Of a stretch of 64,000 nucleotides of DNA, positions 46,973 to 64,000 are shown piece by piece. The notes below the pieces were generated by a model. The model saw only the letters and a list, made by a program, of their open reading frames with translations, had not been told where the DNA came from and did not search any database. Source of the DNA: the human T2T-CHM13v2.0 reference genome, Homo sapiens; assembly GCF_009914755.1 (NCBI RefSeq), contig NC_060932.1; one strand, 5' to 3'. A program made the translations under genes and the position numbers. Numbering within the stretch: the first letter of the stretch is position 1; every line of letters starts with the position of its first letter.

Positions 46973-47357
<385 letters not shown>

Positions 47358-50300
47358 CTATTTCGCCAGTCATACTACAGTTTAATCTGCGGCACTTGGG
47401 CTAGAAGAAACACAGATGGAACTAATGAAGGTTTTACTGTGTGGACAGTGTGATACTCACTGTGTTTGAGTGACATTGTTTTGTATATATACACATAGAA
47501 AAGTTTAACAAGCCATCATTTGCTATGACAATGGGGCATATGAGTGGTTCTCAAACCAAGGAGCAGAGATTATCTCTTTGTGAGGACAAATTTGATTAAG
47601 AGGCATTCCTTGTGTGCTTTTTGTGGTATTGAACAGACAGCCAAATGCTTAGCTTCAATGTAACCATCCTTCCAGTACCCTTGAGAAAAAAGCTGCCTGT
47701 CAACACTTGGGTAAACAATATCTAGAAGTGATGGAAGGAAAAATACTCAGGGACAGGAAAGCAATGAGCATTGCAAGTCTTACAGACTGCATACAATTCA
47801 TGAAAGAACCAGAATGCTCAAAAAGAATGGAATTCTGGGCCCTCCCCTCTTCAGTTTCCTCAAACTTTCCACAGCCTTTAGACTCAAGGGATTCTTCCTT
47901 GGTTGCAATGAATATAGTGAACACTTCAAGGTTTGTGCCAAGAGGGAAGTAAGAGAGCCCAGTTAACATAAAATAATGAGACATCCTTTAAAGTCATACA
48001 CAGTTACTTCCCCTATCCCTGCCCCATAGGCCAGCAAAATGCTAGACATGGAGACATGGGCCCAGCAACCAGCTATTTTCTAGAAAATTACCAGGAGAGA
48101 TGAGCCAGACTCAGATGAATACTTGAAATCTTGACATGCAAAATCTGTTCATGTAGCTTGATCTTTTTATTTCTGTTAAGTCTCTAAAACAAAATGTGGT
48201 GAAACATCATTTAGGCAGAAAGCTTTGTGGGGTTGTGGGGTTGTGGGGTGGTAGAGATGAGGGGGTGAGGTGAAGGGGACTGTGGAAGAGGAGGAGTGAA
48301 AGGGAAAGAAATGCAGGAGATTATTTGTACCAATCTCATTGCTAAAAATGTCTGCTTCCTTCCTTGGGAATCAGAGTTTGCAGAACATTTTCTCTTTCTC
48401 TGTTGACAGAAGATCTTGTAAAATGATAGCCACTGAATCAACTAAATACATTCAACAAATATTGATGAGTATTCTCTATGTTTTTAACACAGTGCTGGCA
48501 CAAAAGAAGATACAAAATTGACTAAAACTCAATTCCCCATCGTTGACACTTCTACAGTTTATTAAGAACGTATACATTAACTCCCCAGGGGATTAATCTA
48601 CAAAGTACGTGAATTCGTTTCAAAGCAGAAGTAACTGATTAATTCATATCCATTTACCCACTTATTTACTTAGATACTTAAGGTCTAGGAGATTGTATCA
48701 GGACAGTCTTTAAAGTTGCCTTAAAAAATATCAATTTTCTTATTAGTTTTATCTTCTTTTCTAAAACCTTTAATTTTAAATGACAGAATGAAATAAAATT
48801 AACAACCTTTGACATGAGACACAGCTGTGTTTCTGAAAATAAGGGACAAAGGCTGTGAAATAGAAAACAGATATCCCAAAACTCATGCATTGTTCTACAG
48901 TTCTACAAAATTGGCCTCAAAGCCTCTTCCAGACTACTGTAAAACAAGCTTATAAATTAGAAGCGGAAAAGCACACTGATACCAATAAAGGTCACAATTT
49001 AGAGAATAGAGATGGAAAAATATTTAATGCAAACAAAAGAACTAAAGAAGGATAGTTATTGTCATTTTATACATAGGCATAAAGCTCCCGCAATTAGATC
49101 AAGAGCAACTTGTTAGACAAGCAGGAAATTACTAGAAGTAGGTACATTAGCATAAGTAAAAACTATCAGCTGATAGTAAGGGAAGTTGTAGGTAACCAGT
49201 TAAACAATTCAAAGAGCACAAATGGTCTGGAACCACTTGGTAGGAGCTAGCAGCTCTACCCACCTTAATAATCCCTGGGAAATCACATCATTACAAAATT
49301 GTTTTTCATAATGGTGGCCCTGAGTCATCAAGGAAAACTTTAAATCCTGTCAGTATTCTCTATTTTAAAAAGCAGGAAATGTTTTGGGGCCAGGAGACTA
49401 TGTAATGCATTTTAGGGTTTTACAGGCAACATTTGGTTGTGTAGACTATTCCCTAGGAACTGAAATCTCCCTGATTAATCAGAGGTTTACAGTGCCTTTG
49501 ATCAAGAAAATGCTCCTTGAAAAACTTTCTCTAATAACTATCAACCAAGTTTCATTAGAGAAAATAGTAGGTTATCTTTTCCATATATTCCTACAATTAT
49601 TTTAATACACTGAATCTAGCCTACTCTAGGGAAAGCATTTTGTGTAGAATTTATGTAGATGGAGAGATGATAGGGAGGAAGGTGACAGCAGTAGAAATAG
49701 CATGAAGGTATGTGGCGATTTGACACATTCACTAATGCTAAGTATAAACTGACTGCACAGAGATTCTGTGGTGGAAGGTACAGAGAGGCAGGACCCTATG
49801 AGTGAGTCATAGCGTTGGCAGAGTATAAGAAAATGACCCCATGTCTCTGTCTTTCTTTAATAGATGTGAAGACTGTAGTGTTTTGTTCCAACAGGCATGT
49901 CCTGTTCAGGCCCCAGGAAAGGGCCACACTTTTGTGAAGAGTCCCTATCTTTCATATGGAGGAAAACGGCACTGGAATAGAAAATAAACTTGACAAACAG
50001 GCCCTTACAGAGGTGGGTGAGAGAACGCCTTGCTTTCCCTGGGCCTCACTTTCCTGGGCCTTGACTTGGAGCTCTCTGGATATGCTGAGGGAGCACCCCG
50101 GTGAAAGCAGAAGCTGTTATCTGTCTTGGGGCAGGAGGGAAGGAACAAAGCCAAAACACATCCAGCGGTCTTGTAAGGATGAGCAAGCCTGATCTCATTA
50201 TCTAGCGTTCTTAGTGACAGGTGAATTCTATGTCCATTTCCCTTTAATAACCATGGAACTTTTGCAGAGTCTTCCTGCACCTTACAGCCTCTTCTCAAGT

Positions 50301-50639
50301 GGTCATCCAGTTCACATTGCAAACAGCTGTGACTAACTTCCTACCTCTCGAAGCAATCTTAGAGAATCATTTAGGAGATAGCCATGTTAACGTTAATTCA
50401 CCTCATATCAGCAAGACTTTAATCTCTGGCTTACCAGAGGATCCAACTTTATCATCAGTCTCTTTCTTGCTCTTTGTGGAATAATGTCTTTTCTAGTTTT
50501 TCTAGTTCTTGCATCTACACCTATCAAGTGACATGTACATTAGATTACACGGAGGCTGATAATATTATGCCCTTAGTAGATTTTCCAGGACTTTTTCTGG
50601 TCCATTAGTCCTTTCAGATTTTGTTAATACCCACACCAG

Positions 50640-50915
50640 AGGCTGAGTGGGAAAAAGAGAGGTGTTAACAAAGATTGAAATGACTAATGGACGAGATTTT
50701 TTTTAAGACAAAATTATAGGGGATTGCCTTAAATTGTCATCCATTTTGTGGCTCTATTTTAAAAATTTACTAGTATATTGGGCATTGCTAAATATATCTA
50801 TAAGACAGTTATGCAGCAACATAGCTCAGACATAGCATTATTTCCCACGAATAAAGATGGTAGCATTTACCCACAATCCTTGTCTCAGCTGCCTGCCTGA
50901 GTGGAATTCCCACTC
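50640..50915. promoter_or_regulatory. RBPJ/CSL motif cluster, candidate Notch-responsive enhancer
   Basis: GTGGGAA 50647-50653 (+), TTCCCACG 50842-50849, TTCCCAC 50907-50913 in repeat-free DNA. Confidence 0.4.
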
Positions 50916-51845
50916 CTTTTGGTATGGTTTTGAGAGTTGGGACATCATCTTTATCTACTGGCTTCTGTGGTATTTACTGCATCTAAAATGAAAGATTCTG
51001 CATTTAAGTGTTGCCTGGAAAAAACACAATATCTTGCTTTCTTTTATTCATTCATTTGAAGTAATTATTGCTATCACAGTCTCATGTGCATTTTTCCCAA
51101 ACCATAATGATTTGAGACTTATAGAGTATGGTAAAACAGTTGGATTGTTTTTTCAGAGCGGCAATTTTGTGAAGAAAATGGTAGTAATCTGAGCCACTTT
51201 TTGGTTTCTAAAGATTTCATCTGTTCACAGGACAATTTCAGGGTTCATACAATTTCTTACCTGGAAGCTGAAAACCTGTGTTCAAAATCTTGTTTCCCAT
51301 CTTCCACATGTAGAATGCAGGTATAAGAACTTAAAATTAGACACGGTCTTTTGTAGAATTTTCCTTTCCTTCCTCCTTTGGCTCAGAGCATCTCTGAGTT
51401 CTTTGTAATTAGTTTAAAAGAAACATGAAAAAAGTTATAGTCTTTTCAAATAAACTACATGTTTCCCTTAGGAATTTATACTAAAATGTGTATTTATTTT
51501 TAAAAACCAAATGATATGAATATAAGAAATGCAATACTGGGTCAGCCCAATGGTCTAACCAGCCTGTGGTTTCAAAGTTTCATAGTACTCCATTAATGTC
51601 AACCTCAGAAGTTTTGGGATGTATTTCAAACTCCCTGGTTTCCTTTAATACTCAAATCTGAATTTACCATTCAGAGATTCATCAAAACCTTTCCTGAACT
51701 TATTTATATCTCTAACTTATATCAACTATAGAAATACTGAGTACCATAATGGCGAAGTTACTATATCCTATCTACTATGAGACCATAGAAAGGATATTAC
51801 TACAAGGGGATGAAAAATTGGGATGGATAATTCAATCTATTACAA

Positions 51846-52145
51846 TTATTTTCTTTTTCTTGAGACAGGGTCTCGCTCTGTCGCCCAGTCTGGAGTGCAG
51901 TGGTAAGATCATGGCTCACTTTAACCTCAACATCCTGGGCTCAAGCAATACTCCTGCCTCAGCCTCCTGAGAAGCTGGAAGCCTATGCATGTGCTATCAT
52001 GCTGGGCTAATTTTTTTTTTTTTCACTTTTTGTAGAGATAGGCTCTATGTTGCCCGGGCCAGTCTTGAACTCCTGAGCTCAAGCAAGCTTCCATCTCAGC
52101 CTCCCAAAGTGCTGGGATTCCAGGCACGAGTCACTATGCCCAGCC
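51846..52145 (-). mobile_element. Alu (AluJ-type)
   Basis: gagacagggtctcgctctgtcgccc...atcatggctcact...cactatgcccagcc. Confidence 0.92.
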
Positions 52146-52353
52146 TACATTTTCTTGGTTACAACTATTCATATCCCTCCCACATGCAAAACTCCCCCAT
52201 CCCCATCTTGTGACATCTCTCGCCAACCCCAAGGCCTCATCCAATCATGGCATCTGCCAAAATCCTATGATCTTGTGATCTATAAATCCAAATGCTGCTA
52301 CTTAGATCCAAAGACCTATAAGCTAAATAGAAATTATCTACCTCCTACATACC

Positions 52354-52913
52354 TATGGTAGGCAGCTTCTAAGATGGTCCCAATGGTTCCTGCCCACTGG
52401 TATTTGTGGGCTTGTGTTATCTTCTTCCTAGGAGCAACTTGCTTCTAGAATGTGGCAGCATTGAGGGGATGTCACTTCTGTGAAGAGGTTACATAAGAGT
52501 GACTTCCATCTTGCTAGCAGACTCTGTCTCTTTTGCTGGCTCTGATAATGCAAGGTACCATGCTAAGGAGGCTCACGAGGTAAGGAACTGAAGGTGACTT
52601 CTGGCCAATAGCCAGCAAGGAATTGAAGCCTCAGTCTAACAGTCATCAAGGAACTGAATCCTGATCAAGGAACTGAATCCTGGCAATTATGTAAGTGAGC
52701 CTGGGAGTGGATCCTTCCCCAGTCAAACCTTCAGATGAACCCCAAGCCCTGGCTGACAACTTGAACAAAGCCTATGACAGACCCTGAATCAGAGAATCCA
52801 GTTCAGCTGTGCCTGGAATTCTGACCCACAGAAACTATGAGATAATAAATATGTGTTCTGTTGTTTTAAGTGACTAAACTTTGGGGATGTTACTTAGCAA
52901 TAGATAATTAATT
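52354..52913 (+). mobile_element. MaLR solo LTR (MLT1E/F-like) with a perfect 19-bp internal duplication (52645-52682)
   Basis: ggtaggcagcttctaagatgg...ccagtcaaaccttcagatga...ctgacccacagaaactatgagataataaat; atcaaggaactgaatcctg x2. Confidence 0.88.
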
Positions 52914-53004
52914 AGCAGTAGACAATTAGTACATCTAATGTACAATGGTGGAACAGGGACAGGATAACTACAATAAATACTCCCATTTGAAAAAGTAAAT
53001 ACTG

Positions 53005-53319
<315 letters not shown>

Positions 53320-53622
53320 TCACAATCATTGGCCTAACAATTCTGAAATCCCATTAGGTAAGTGTTGCGGGAGTCCCTCTTATGAACATAGTGAGGTCCC
53401 TCTACCCTAAGGCAAGGATGTTCCTTACTAGATCCCCATTCTGCTCCACGAGTATAGCTCTCAAGTCCATTTTTCTCCATTGCTCTTGGTTCTATTTTCT
53501 CAGAGGCCCTTCCTGTTCCATGATACTTCTTGCTCTTTTGTTAAGAGAACGTTGGAACAATTTCAATTGAACACTGGAACCACCCAATCCCAGAACCAAT
53601 GCCACTTCTAGGTATTAATTTC

Positions 53623-53982
53623 TGTATTGGTCAGCTATTGCTGCTTAACAAACAACCACAAAAATGTCAGCACCTTACAACAATAAGCACTTATTGCACC
53701 CTGTGGTGTACAGATCTGAGGGTGGCTCTGCTTCAGGCTGAGTCCATTTGGTTTATTCTAGTCTGAGGGTCTATGCCAGAAAGCAAGGCCACACTCAAAA
53801 GCATCTTCTCTGTTCACATCACAGACACTAAAATCCTATTGACCAAAGCAAGTCATATGGCCAAGGCCGAAGTCAAGGCGCAGGAAAGTATTTTGCCATC
53901 ATGAGATCATGTGGAGAATATGGATATACAATATCACTACGTTTGAGGAAAGAACTGAGTTCAATTATTCAACCTATGACAC
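53623..53982 (-). mobile_element. Old MaLR LTR (MLT1H/I/J-like) with flanking internal-sequence remnants (~52150-53620)
   Basis: tgtattggtcagctattgctgcttaacaaacaaccacaaaa...attgaccaaagcaagtcatatggccaag; acaatggtggaacagggacaggataac...tcccatt resembles MaLR internal sequence. Confidence 0.7.
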
Positions 53983-54334
53983 TATATAAATTTTATGTGA
54001 AGAAGGGTTTCTATGCCTAAAAATATTTTAAGTTCCTGGCCAAAAGGATTTCTAAAATCTCTAGTTTTTGGAGCACCATGGAAATAGAATATTTGCATGG
54101 GTAAGGGCTAAATCAGTAAGTATAGAGAGGCCAGTCCTGTTTGGCAGGCACTGAGGGTGGTTGTATATTTCATCAAGCACCTGGAAGGAGTACAGGGAAG
54201 GAAGAATGAGGATGCTGGACAATTAACCAGCATATTCAGAATTAGCCCATTATTTATTATGGGATTAAAAAATTTTTTTGCATGCCTCAAGCAAGATAGA
54301 TGCGTTCAATTGTAAGTTCAAAAGTATATTGTAG

Positions 54335-54790
54335 TACACTAGTGTTTGCAGTGGCATTATACATAATAGCAAAAGATGGAAACAACCCAATGTTCTAGAT
54401 GAATAAACAAATGATTATACACACAATGAAATATTATTCACCTTTAAAAAGGAATAAAATTCTGATACATGCTACCACCATGTGAATCTTGAAAACATTA
54501 TGCTAAATGGAATAAACCAGACACAAAGGAACAAATAATGTATGAGTCCACTTACATGGGGTACTTAGAATAGTCAAATTCATAGAGACACAAAGTAGTA
54601 TAGTGGTTACCAGGGGCTGGGAAGAAATGAAGAGTTCTTGTCTAATGGATACAGAGTTTCAGTTTGGGATGATTGAAAAGTTCTGGTGATGGATAGTGAT
54701 GATGTTTGCATAATGTGAATGTACTTCAAGTCCCTGAATTGTACACTTAAAATATGGCTAAAATGGTACATTTTATTTTTTCTTCTTTTT
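54335..54790 (+). mobile_element. L1MB-type 3' end
   Basis: aatgaaatattattcacctttaaaaaggaa...gtcaaattcatagagac...agagtttcagtttgggatga..aaaagttctgg. Confidence 0.88.
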
Positions 54791-55176
54791 AGCCACCTAT
54801 AGTCTTATCAATTTTATGTTATCCTATGTGGTATATTTTATCACAAAAAAATTGCTTCATAGAAAAAATATATTCTAAAGTTAACCACAAATAATTAGGA
54901 TAATCTACACCACTGTACTTCTCCACCATAATGGGTAAAGGGTTGACCATATTTAATAATGAAATCTTATGCCGAATAAAAATGAAATTAGGAAGGGCTA
55001 AAAAACTCTTATGACGTCTATATTTCAAAGAAAATTAGGCTCCTACAAAGACGTGATAAACCTGTTATGACGGAAGAAAATCCACTTATTTCAAGCTTAT
55101 ATTCTTGTTCAGAAAACCAAGAGACAAATCAGAATGGCAGTAGTCTTCATATGCCAGTACTTGTATGTTTGAAAAT

Positions 55177-55925
<749 letters not shown>

Positions 55926-56350
55926 GAAACACTATAAGTTTTGTTTGTTTGGCATGTTGACTTAGAAAAAAGGTATTGGCTTGATTCAAATAGTTGCCCT
56001 ACTTTAATAATATTAAAAGAATGAAGATTGCTCCCTGAAAACTGGTTCTCTAGGCTATCTCAACCTGGCTGACTTGAACTAGATAACTGGGGTTTGGGGA
56101 GCTGGTTTCACTAGATTGAATATAGCTGGAGGACCCACTGATGTTTTCATTCAGGCTGTAAAAGAGGGCAATGCTGGACCAAATATAAAAGTAAACCAAG
56201 AAAGAATGGAGCACAGGAAACTGGAGATATAATATGGGCTGCAAATGGCAATCACGGAGTCAAGGCATTGGGAGAGATGGATAGCTGCTCTCTGAGTCAG
56301 GCTGGGAAATCAATCCCTGACTAGACATCGTATGTCTTAGAGATGCCTGG

Positions 56351-56805
56351 TGTAATTAGTTTTCTAGGGCTTTCCTAACATATTACATATTGGATGGCTT
56401 AAAACAACAAAAAGTCTTATTCTCACAGTTCAAGAGGCCGGCAGTCTGCAATCAAGGTGTTGGTGTACTGATTGCTTCTTAAAGTATTCAGAGGGAGAAC
56501 CTGTTCCATGCAGCTCTCTTAGCTTCTGGTGGCTGCTGGCAATCCTTAGCTTGTGGCAGCAGAACTTACCATCTCTCCCTAGCAAGCCACATGGCACTCT
56601 CCCTGTGTGTCGGTGTCCAAGCTTACCTCCTCTTCTAAGGACACCAGTCATACTGCATTCAGTATGACCCACTTCAATCCAGCATGACCTCATCTTGACT
56701 ATATCTGCAAAGGCCCTATTCCAAATAAGGTCACATTCACAGGTTCCAGATGGACATGAATATGGGAGAAGGTTGCGGGGTGGGGGAATTATTCAACCCA
56801 GTACA
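56351..56805 (-). mobile_element. MaLR solo LTR (MLT1C-like)
   Basis: TG...CA ends with perfect 5-bp TSD cctgg (56346-56350, 56806-56810); ggcttaaaacaaca, ccaaataaggtcacattcacagg. Confidence 0.92.
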
Positions 56806-56984
56806 CCTGGGAACTTTAGATTAAAAAGAAGCCTTTAGATTGGTGTCATAAGAGACGAGGAAGAATTTTCTGGTGGTGAGACTTTGAAAATAGGAATATA
56901 GGGTCTTGTTGCAGATCTGAAACATCAGAAGGTATAGACTCTGTCTTCTTTCCTGACCACTGTTCTTAAGATATTACTTAATCA

Positions 56985-57293
<309 letters not shown>

Positions 57294-57540
57294 TTACTTA
57301 ATCAATACTCTCCTTGGCTTCCAGTCTTCAGAGCAGTGAAGTATCCGGTTTAGTGCATTTGTGTATGTGCATTTGGCCCACTCCTTTACCGCCCCACCCC
57401 CAATTGTTTCTATAGAGGAAGGCAGATAGCAAAGTCCAAATACTAAATTGCCAGAATCATGCTGGAAAGGGAGAGAAACAGCCAGTTTGGGTGGAAGTGG
57501 GCTGCCACATCATTTAAGTGGAATGGGGAAAGGAATCTAG

Positions 57541-57908
<368 letters not shown>

Positions 57909-58657
57909 TGAGATCTAGAAGTACCTGGTTCTGCCAGTTCCTGAATATTCTGAGGATTCTGCAGTAAATCAGGTTGGTTTTCAGCTTTCTGCACTGACAG
58001 CTAAGAATGTGTCTATCTCTGTTCTGCTATGTAAATGTCTATTCATCCATCTATTTTCAGATTGCAAAATTTTGTTCTCTTCCTGTTTTTCTCATACTTG
58101 ACTTTTTTTGCTGTGGGTATTCATGTGTCTCTATCAATCAATCAATCATCTATCTTCCTATTCATCCGTCCATCTCCCTTTGTTGTAATTTTAGTGAGGC
58201 TTTGGAGGGAATAAAATTAGATGTATGTATTAACCTGACATCTTAACCTGAAATTCCAGATTTAAAGTGATACCAATCAATGTAATTGTAAGGTTTTCTC
58301 CTGTAATGCTGAGCAGCTCAGGTGCAGGAATGAAGCAGGTAGACATTTAATCAGGGTTGAAGTTATGCCAGGTGAAAAATGGAGGGAGGGAGGAGACTCA
58401 ACGGTGTTTTGTTTGCAAGGGAGTCATCATAGTGATGTGCCCCAGACTCTAAAGCTGGATGAAGAGGATAGTGAGAACATGATGATGAGTGAAAAAATTG
58501 GGAGTCAATGGGGATTGGAGTCTGAAAGATTTTTGAAAAAGTGCTCAATTGGGTACACAAAATTAAGGGAGCAGGAAGGATAGTGAGTGGAGGGCTTAAA
58601 ATTTGGATTTGAGACTTTGCAGAGGTGGCTATTGGGTGTGGCCCTGGGAAGGGGTGG

Positions 58658-59150
58658 TGTGGCACACTCTTTTGCCACAGTATCATTAATTCGCTGACCT
58701 TCTACACTGTGACACTGTCACACCTCCACTAAGAGGTGGAGTCTTATTCCTTCCCTTTGAATCCAGACCCTATAACTTGTTTATAACCAACTGGGTAGAA
58801 GTGAAGCTGTGTGATTTCCTGCACTCGGTCAGATAGTGTCGGCCTGGTTCTTATCGAATGCTCCCTCTGGGGAAAGCCAGCATCATGAGAGCCATCTACC
58901 CCAAGACTGCCATGCTGGACGGGCCATGTGTAGGTGCTCTGGTTGACTGTCCCAGCTGAACCTAACCTTTCAAGCACCCCTGCCAAAGTACTAGACATGT
59001 GAGTGAAGCTGTCTTGGACTCTACTAGAGCAGCCAGCCAGGTGACTTCAATTGATACCATAAGAAATGAAATTGCCCAAGCCAGGTCAAGAACCCCGCCT
59101 ATTTCTTGACCTACATCATTTGTGAAGTATGATTACATGTTTATGATTTG
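58658..59150 (+). mobile_element. MaLR LTR (MLT1-type)
   Basis: aagaggtggagtcttattccttcccttgaatc-like start, tagaagtgaagctgtgtgatttc, gacatgtgagtgaagc. Confidence 0.75.
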
Positions 59151-60080
59151 CAAGTATCTTTCTTTCATCCAGAGCTCTCCCGTGAACTCCAGAGCCATAT
59201 ATCCAACTGCCTTCAGAACATCTCCAGTTAGATGGCTAATATGCATCTCAAATTTAACATGTCCAAAATTGAGTTCTGAATAGTTCTCTCAAACCTGCTC
59301 TTACCTACCTCAGTTAAAGGCAATGAAAGTCTTCCAGTTGTGCAGGCCAAAAACCTTGTTGTCATCCTCACTCCTTTCTGTCTCACATATTCCATATCCA
59401 ATGTGTTAGGAAATCCCACGGGCTCCATCTTCAAAATATATCCAGATTTCAACCACTTCTCATCAATTCCACTGCTACTACCCTGGTCCAAGCTGCCATC
59501 ATCTCTTGCCTGGATTACAAGGATAGTCTCCTTACAGGTCTTGCTGTGGCTGTCCTTGTTCATCTTAGGTCTACGCAGCTAACTTACTCAAAGGGATCCT
59601 GCTAAAATGTCAGATTATATCCTTCCTCTGCTCCGAATCCTCCAATGACCTGCCATCTCAATCAGTAAATAAATGCCAAAGTGCATACTAGGACCTACGG
59701 AGCCTCCCTCACCTCTCTGTTCATCTCCTACTTTTTTTGTGCTCCTACAGTGGCTTCCTCCGTGGTCCTTAATCTGGATAGGTGCAGTTGTGTCTCAGGG
59801 GCTTTGCACTAGTTGCTCCTTCTGCTGGAAAACTCTTCTTCAGAGACCCATGTAGCTAGCAACCTGTCACTCAGACACCTTGTAACCCCATTCCTTGCTT
59901 CCTTTTTCTCCTTAGCCGTGTATCACTGTCTAACATACTATATATTTCACTTATTTATTGCCTGTTATCCCCAGTGGAATGTAAGGGCCAAAAGGCAGGC
60001 AATTTTGTCTAATTTGGTTACTGCTGTTTAAACTAGTACCATGCACATAGACAGCACTCAAAACGTATTTATTGAATGAC
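59150..60080 (+). mobile_element. L2 (L2a-like) ~0.9 kb 3' portion
   Basis: atatccaactgcc...catctcaaatttaacatgtccaaa...ctcagggctttgcact-like...gcactcaaaacgtatttattgaatga. Confidence 0.88.
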
Positions 60081-60189
60081 AATTTCTTAGTACAGTGTAT
60101 ACTATCCCCACCAAAGGAAAAAAACATTAAGAGCAAAACAAGGGGTGGGGGGTGGGAATATTGCTAAAGAAAATTCTAATAAGAGTTAT

Positions 60190-60310
60190 CTATAATTATA
60201 GCTTTTATTTATTATATCTTCATTCAATCATTTATTCACAATTAGTCTAATTGCATTCTTGATGAATAACTGACTTCAGCAAAGGAGTCAATCCACTAAG
60301 CAAAGTTCAT
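60190..60310 (-). terminator. MRPS28: MRPS28 3' UTR with clustered AATAAA polyadenylation signals (3' end approximate)
   Basis: Minus-strand AATAAA (tttatt on +) at 60231-60236, 60208-60213, 60204-60209; U/GU-rich downstream element at ~60110-60142. Confidence 0.75.
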
Positions 60311-60487
<177 letters not shown>

Positions 60488-60672
60488 TTAAAAAAAAAAA
60501 AATCCATTAATTCTGAATATCATAACATGAACAACTAGTTTAATAACAACAACCAAATTCCAATTTTAATTTGTGTTAGCTCAAGATGAAGTTAACACTG
60601 GTATCTTAGAAATAGCTGTATTTGACAAAAAAGTAATTTGATTGTATCAGAAAAGCCCCCATCACCCAACTT

Positions 60673-60958
60673 TTTGTTTTGAAAAAAAAAAAAAGAGTTT
60701 CACTCTGTTACCCAGGCGGGAGTACAGTGGTGCAATCAGAGCTTACCGTAACTTCAAACTTCTGGGCTCAAGCGACTCTCCTGCTTCAGCCTCCCAAGCA
60801 GCTAAGAATACAAGCATGTACCACCACGGCCAGCTAATTTCAGAGTCAGGGTCTCTCTATGTTGCCCAGGCCAGGCTGGTCTCAAACTCCTGGCCTCTAG
60901 TGACCCTCCCACCTTGGCCTCCTAAATTTTGGGGATAACAGGTGTGAGTCACTGCCAG
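60673..60958 (-). mobile_element. Alu (AluJ-type, diverged), intronic
   Basis: gagtttcactctgttacccaggcgggagtacagtggtgcaatc...ggtctcaaactcctggcctc. Confidence 0.88.
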
Positions 60959-61137
60959 CTCTAGAATTTTCATCTTAAAAGTTGCCTTTAAAGATTTTAA
61001 AACCACAGTAAACGGAAATTCAAGCAAGACAGTTCTTAAAACTGGTGTTTGCTTTAATTTGTCAATTAAAGTCAGAGAGTATCAAGGGGAAAAGAAGTTT
61101 CAGATACATTTTCCTTCTAAAATTAAAACTTTATTTT

Positions 61138-63431
<2,294 letters not shown>

Positions 63432-63541
63432 TAAAACTTTATTTTAAAGTAAAATTTTACGAAAGCAAAATGGAAAAATGTCTAAGTGTAAAGTACTCAG
63501 TATTTGGGATTGGTTGCATTGTTATTAAAATGTAATGCCAG

Positions 63542-63959
63542 TTGGATGAACCTGGAGGACTTTATAAACCAGGCACAGCATGACAAACCCCACATGATCT
63601 CTCACTTATATGTGAAATCTAAAAAAGTTGAACACCTTGAAGTAGAGAGAACTACAGCTCCTGTGGTTACCAGGTCAAAGGATGTTAGTCAAAGGATACA
63701 AAATTTCAGTTAGATAGGAGGAGTAAGTTCAAGAGATCTACTGTACATCATGATGATGACAATAATATGTTGTAGACCTGGAAATTGCTAAGTGAGTATA
63801 TTTTGTGTTCTCATCATCAAAAATGATTAAGTACATGAGGTAATGCATTTGTAAATTAGCTCGATTTGGCTATCCCACAATGTATACATACCTCAAAATA
63901 GCATGTTATACCCAATAAATATGTACAATTTTTATTAGTTAAAAAATAAATTATGAATG
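63542..63959 (+). mobile_element. L1MA-type 3' end
   Basis: tggatgaacctggaggac...aaaggatacaaaatttcagttagatagga..aagttcaagagatcta; perfect 15-bp TSD aaaatgtaatgccag at 63527-63541 and 63960-63974. Confidence 0.9.
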
Positions 63960-64000
63960 AAAATGTAATGCCAGCCATAACATATGATGACTCAATTTAG

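Noticed and set aside
48226-48280. G-rich (gtggggtt)n tract, possible G-quadruplex
   Set aside because: Short simple repeat with no functional context

Overview
Primate (almost certainly human) genomic DNA, dominated by interspersed repeats: about 30 Alu/FLAM copies, three 5'-truncated L1PA copies, older L1M fragments, L2, MIR, MaLR/ERVL/ERV1 solo LTRs and a mariner fossil. The only protein-coding sequence I can support is missing from the ORF track. It is the minus-strand terminal exon of MRPS28 (mitoribosomal bS1m) at 60479-60311, encoding [55 protein letters not shown], with its splice acceptor and short 3' UTR. From recalled gene order (8q21.13: STMN2-HEY1-MRPS28-TPD52), positions 1-60000 should be intergenic DNA between the HEY1 5' end and the MRPS28 3' end; this needs confirming by alignment. 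That interval holds an orphan CpG island (~32570-33450) with a GGCGCC-bearing 29-bp minisatellite, and several repeat-free, motif-dense blocks, including an RBPJ-site cluster at 50647-50913, that are candidate distal enhancers. Most listed ORFs are Alu/L1-derived or chance. I see no evidence of a new gene family or new biological system; the best leads are regulatory and are hypotheses. Repeat subfamily calls and boundaries are by eye and approximate.
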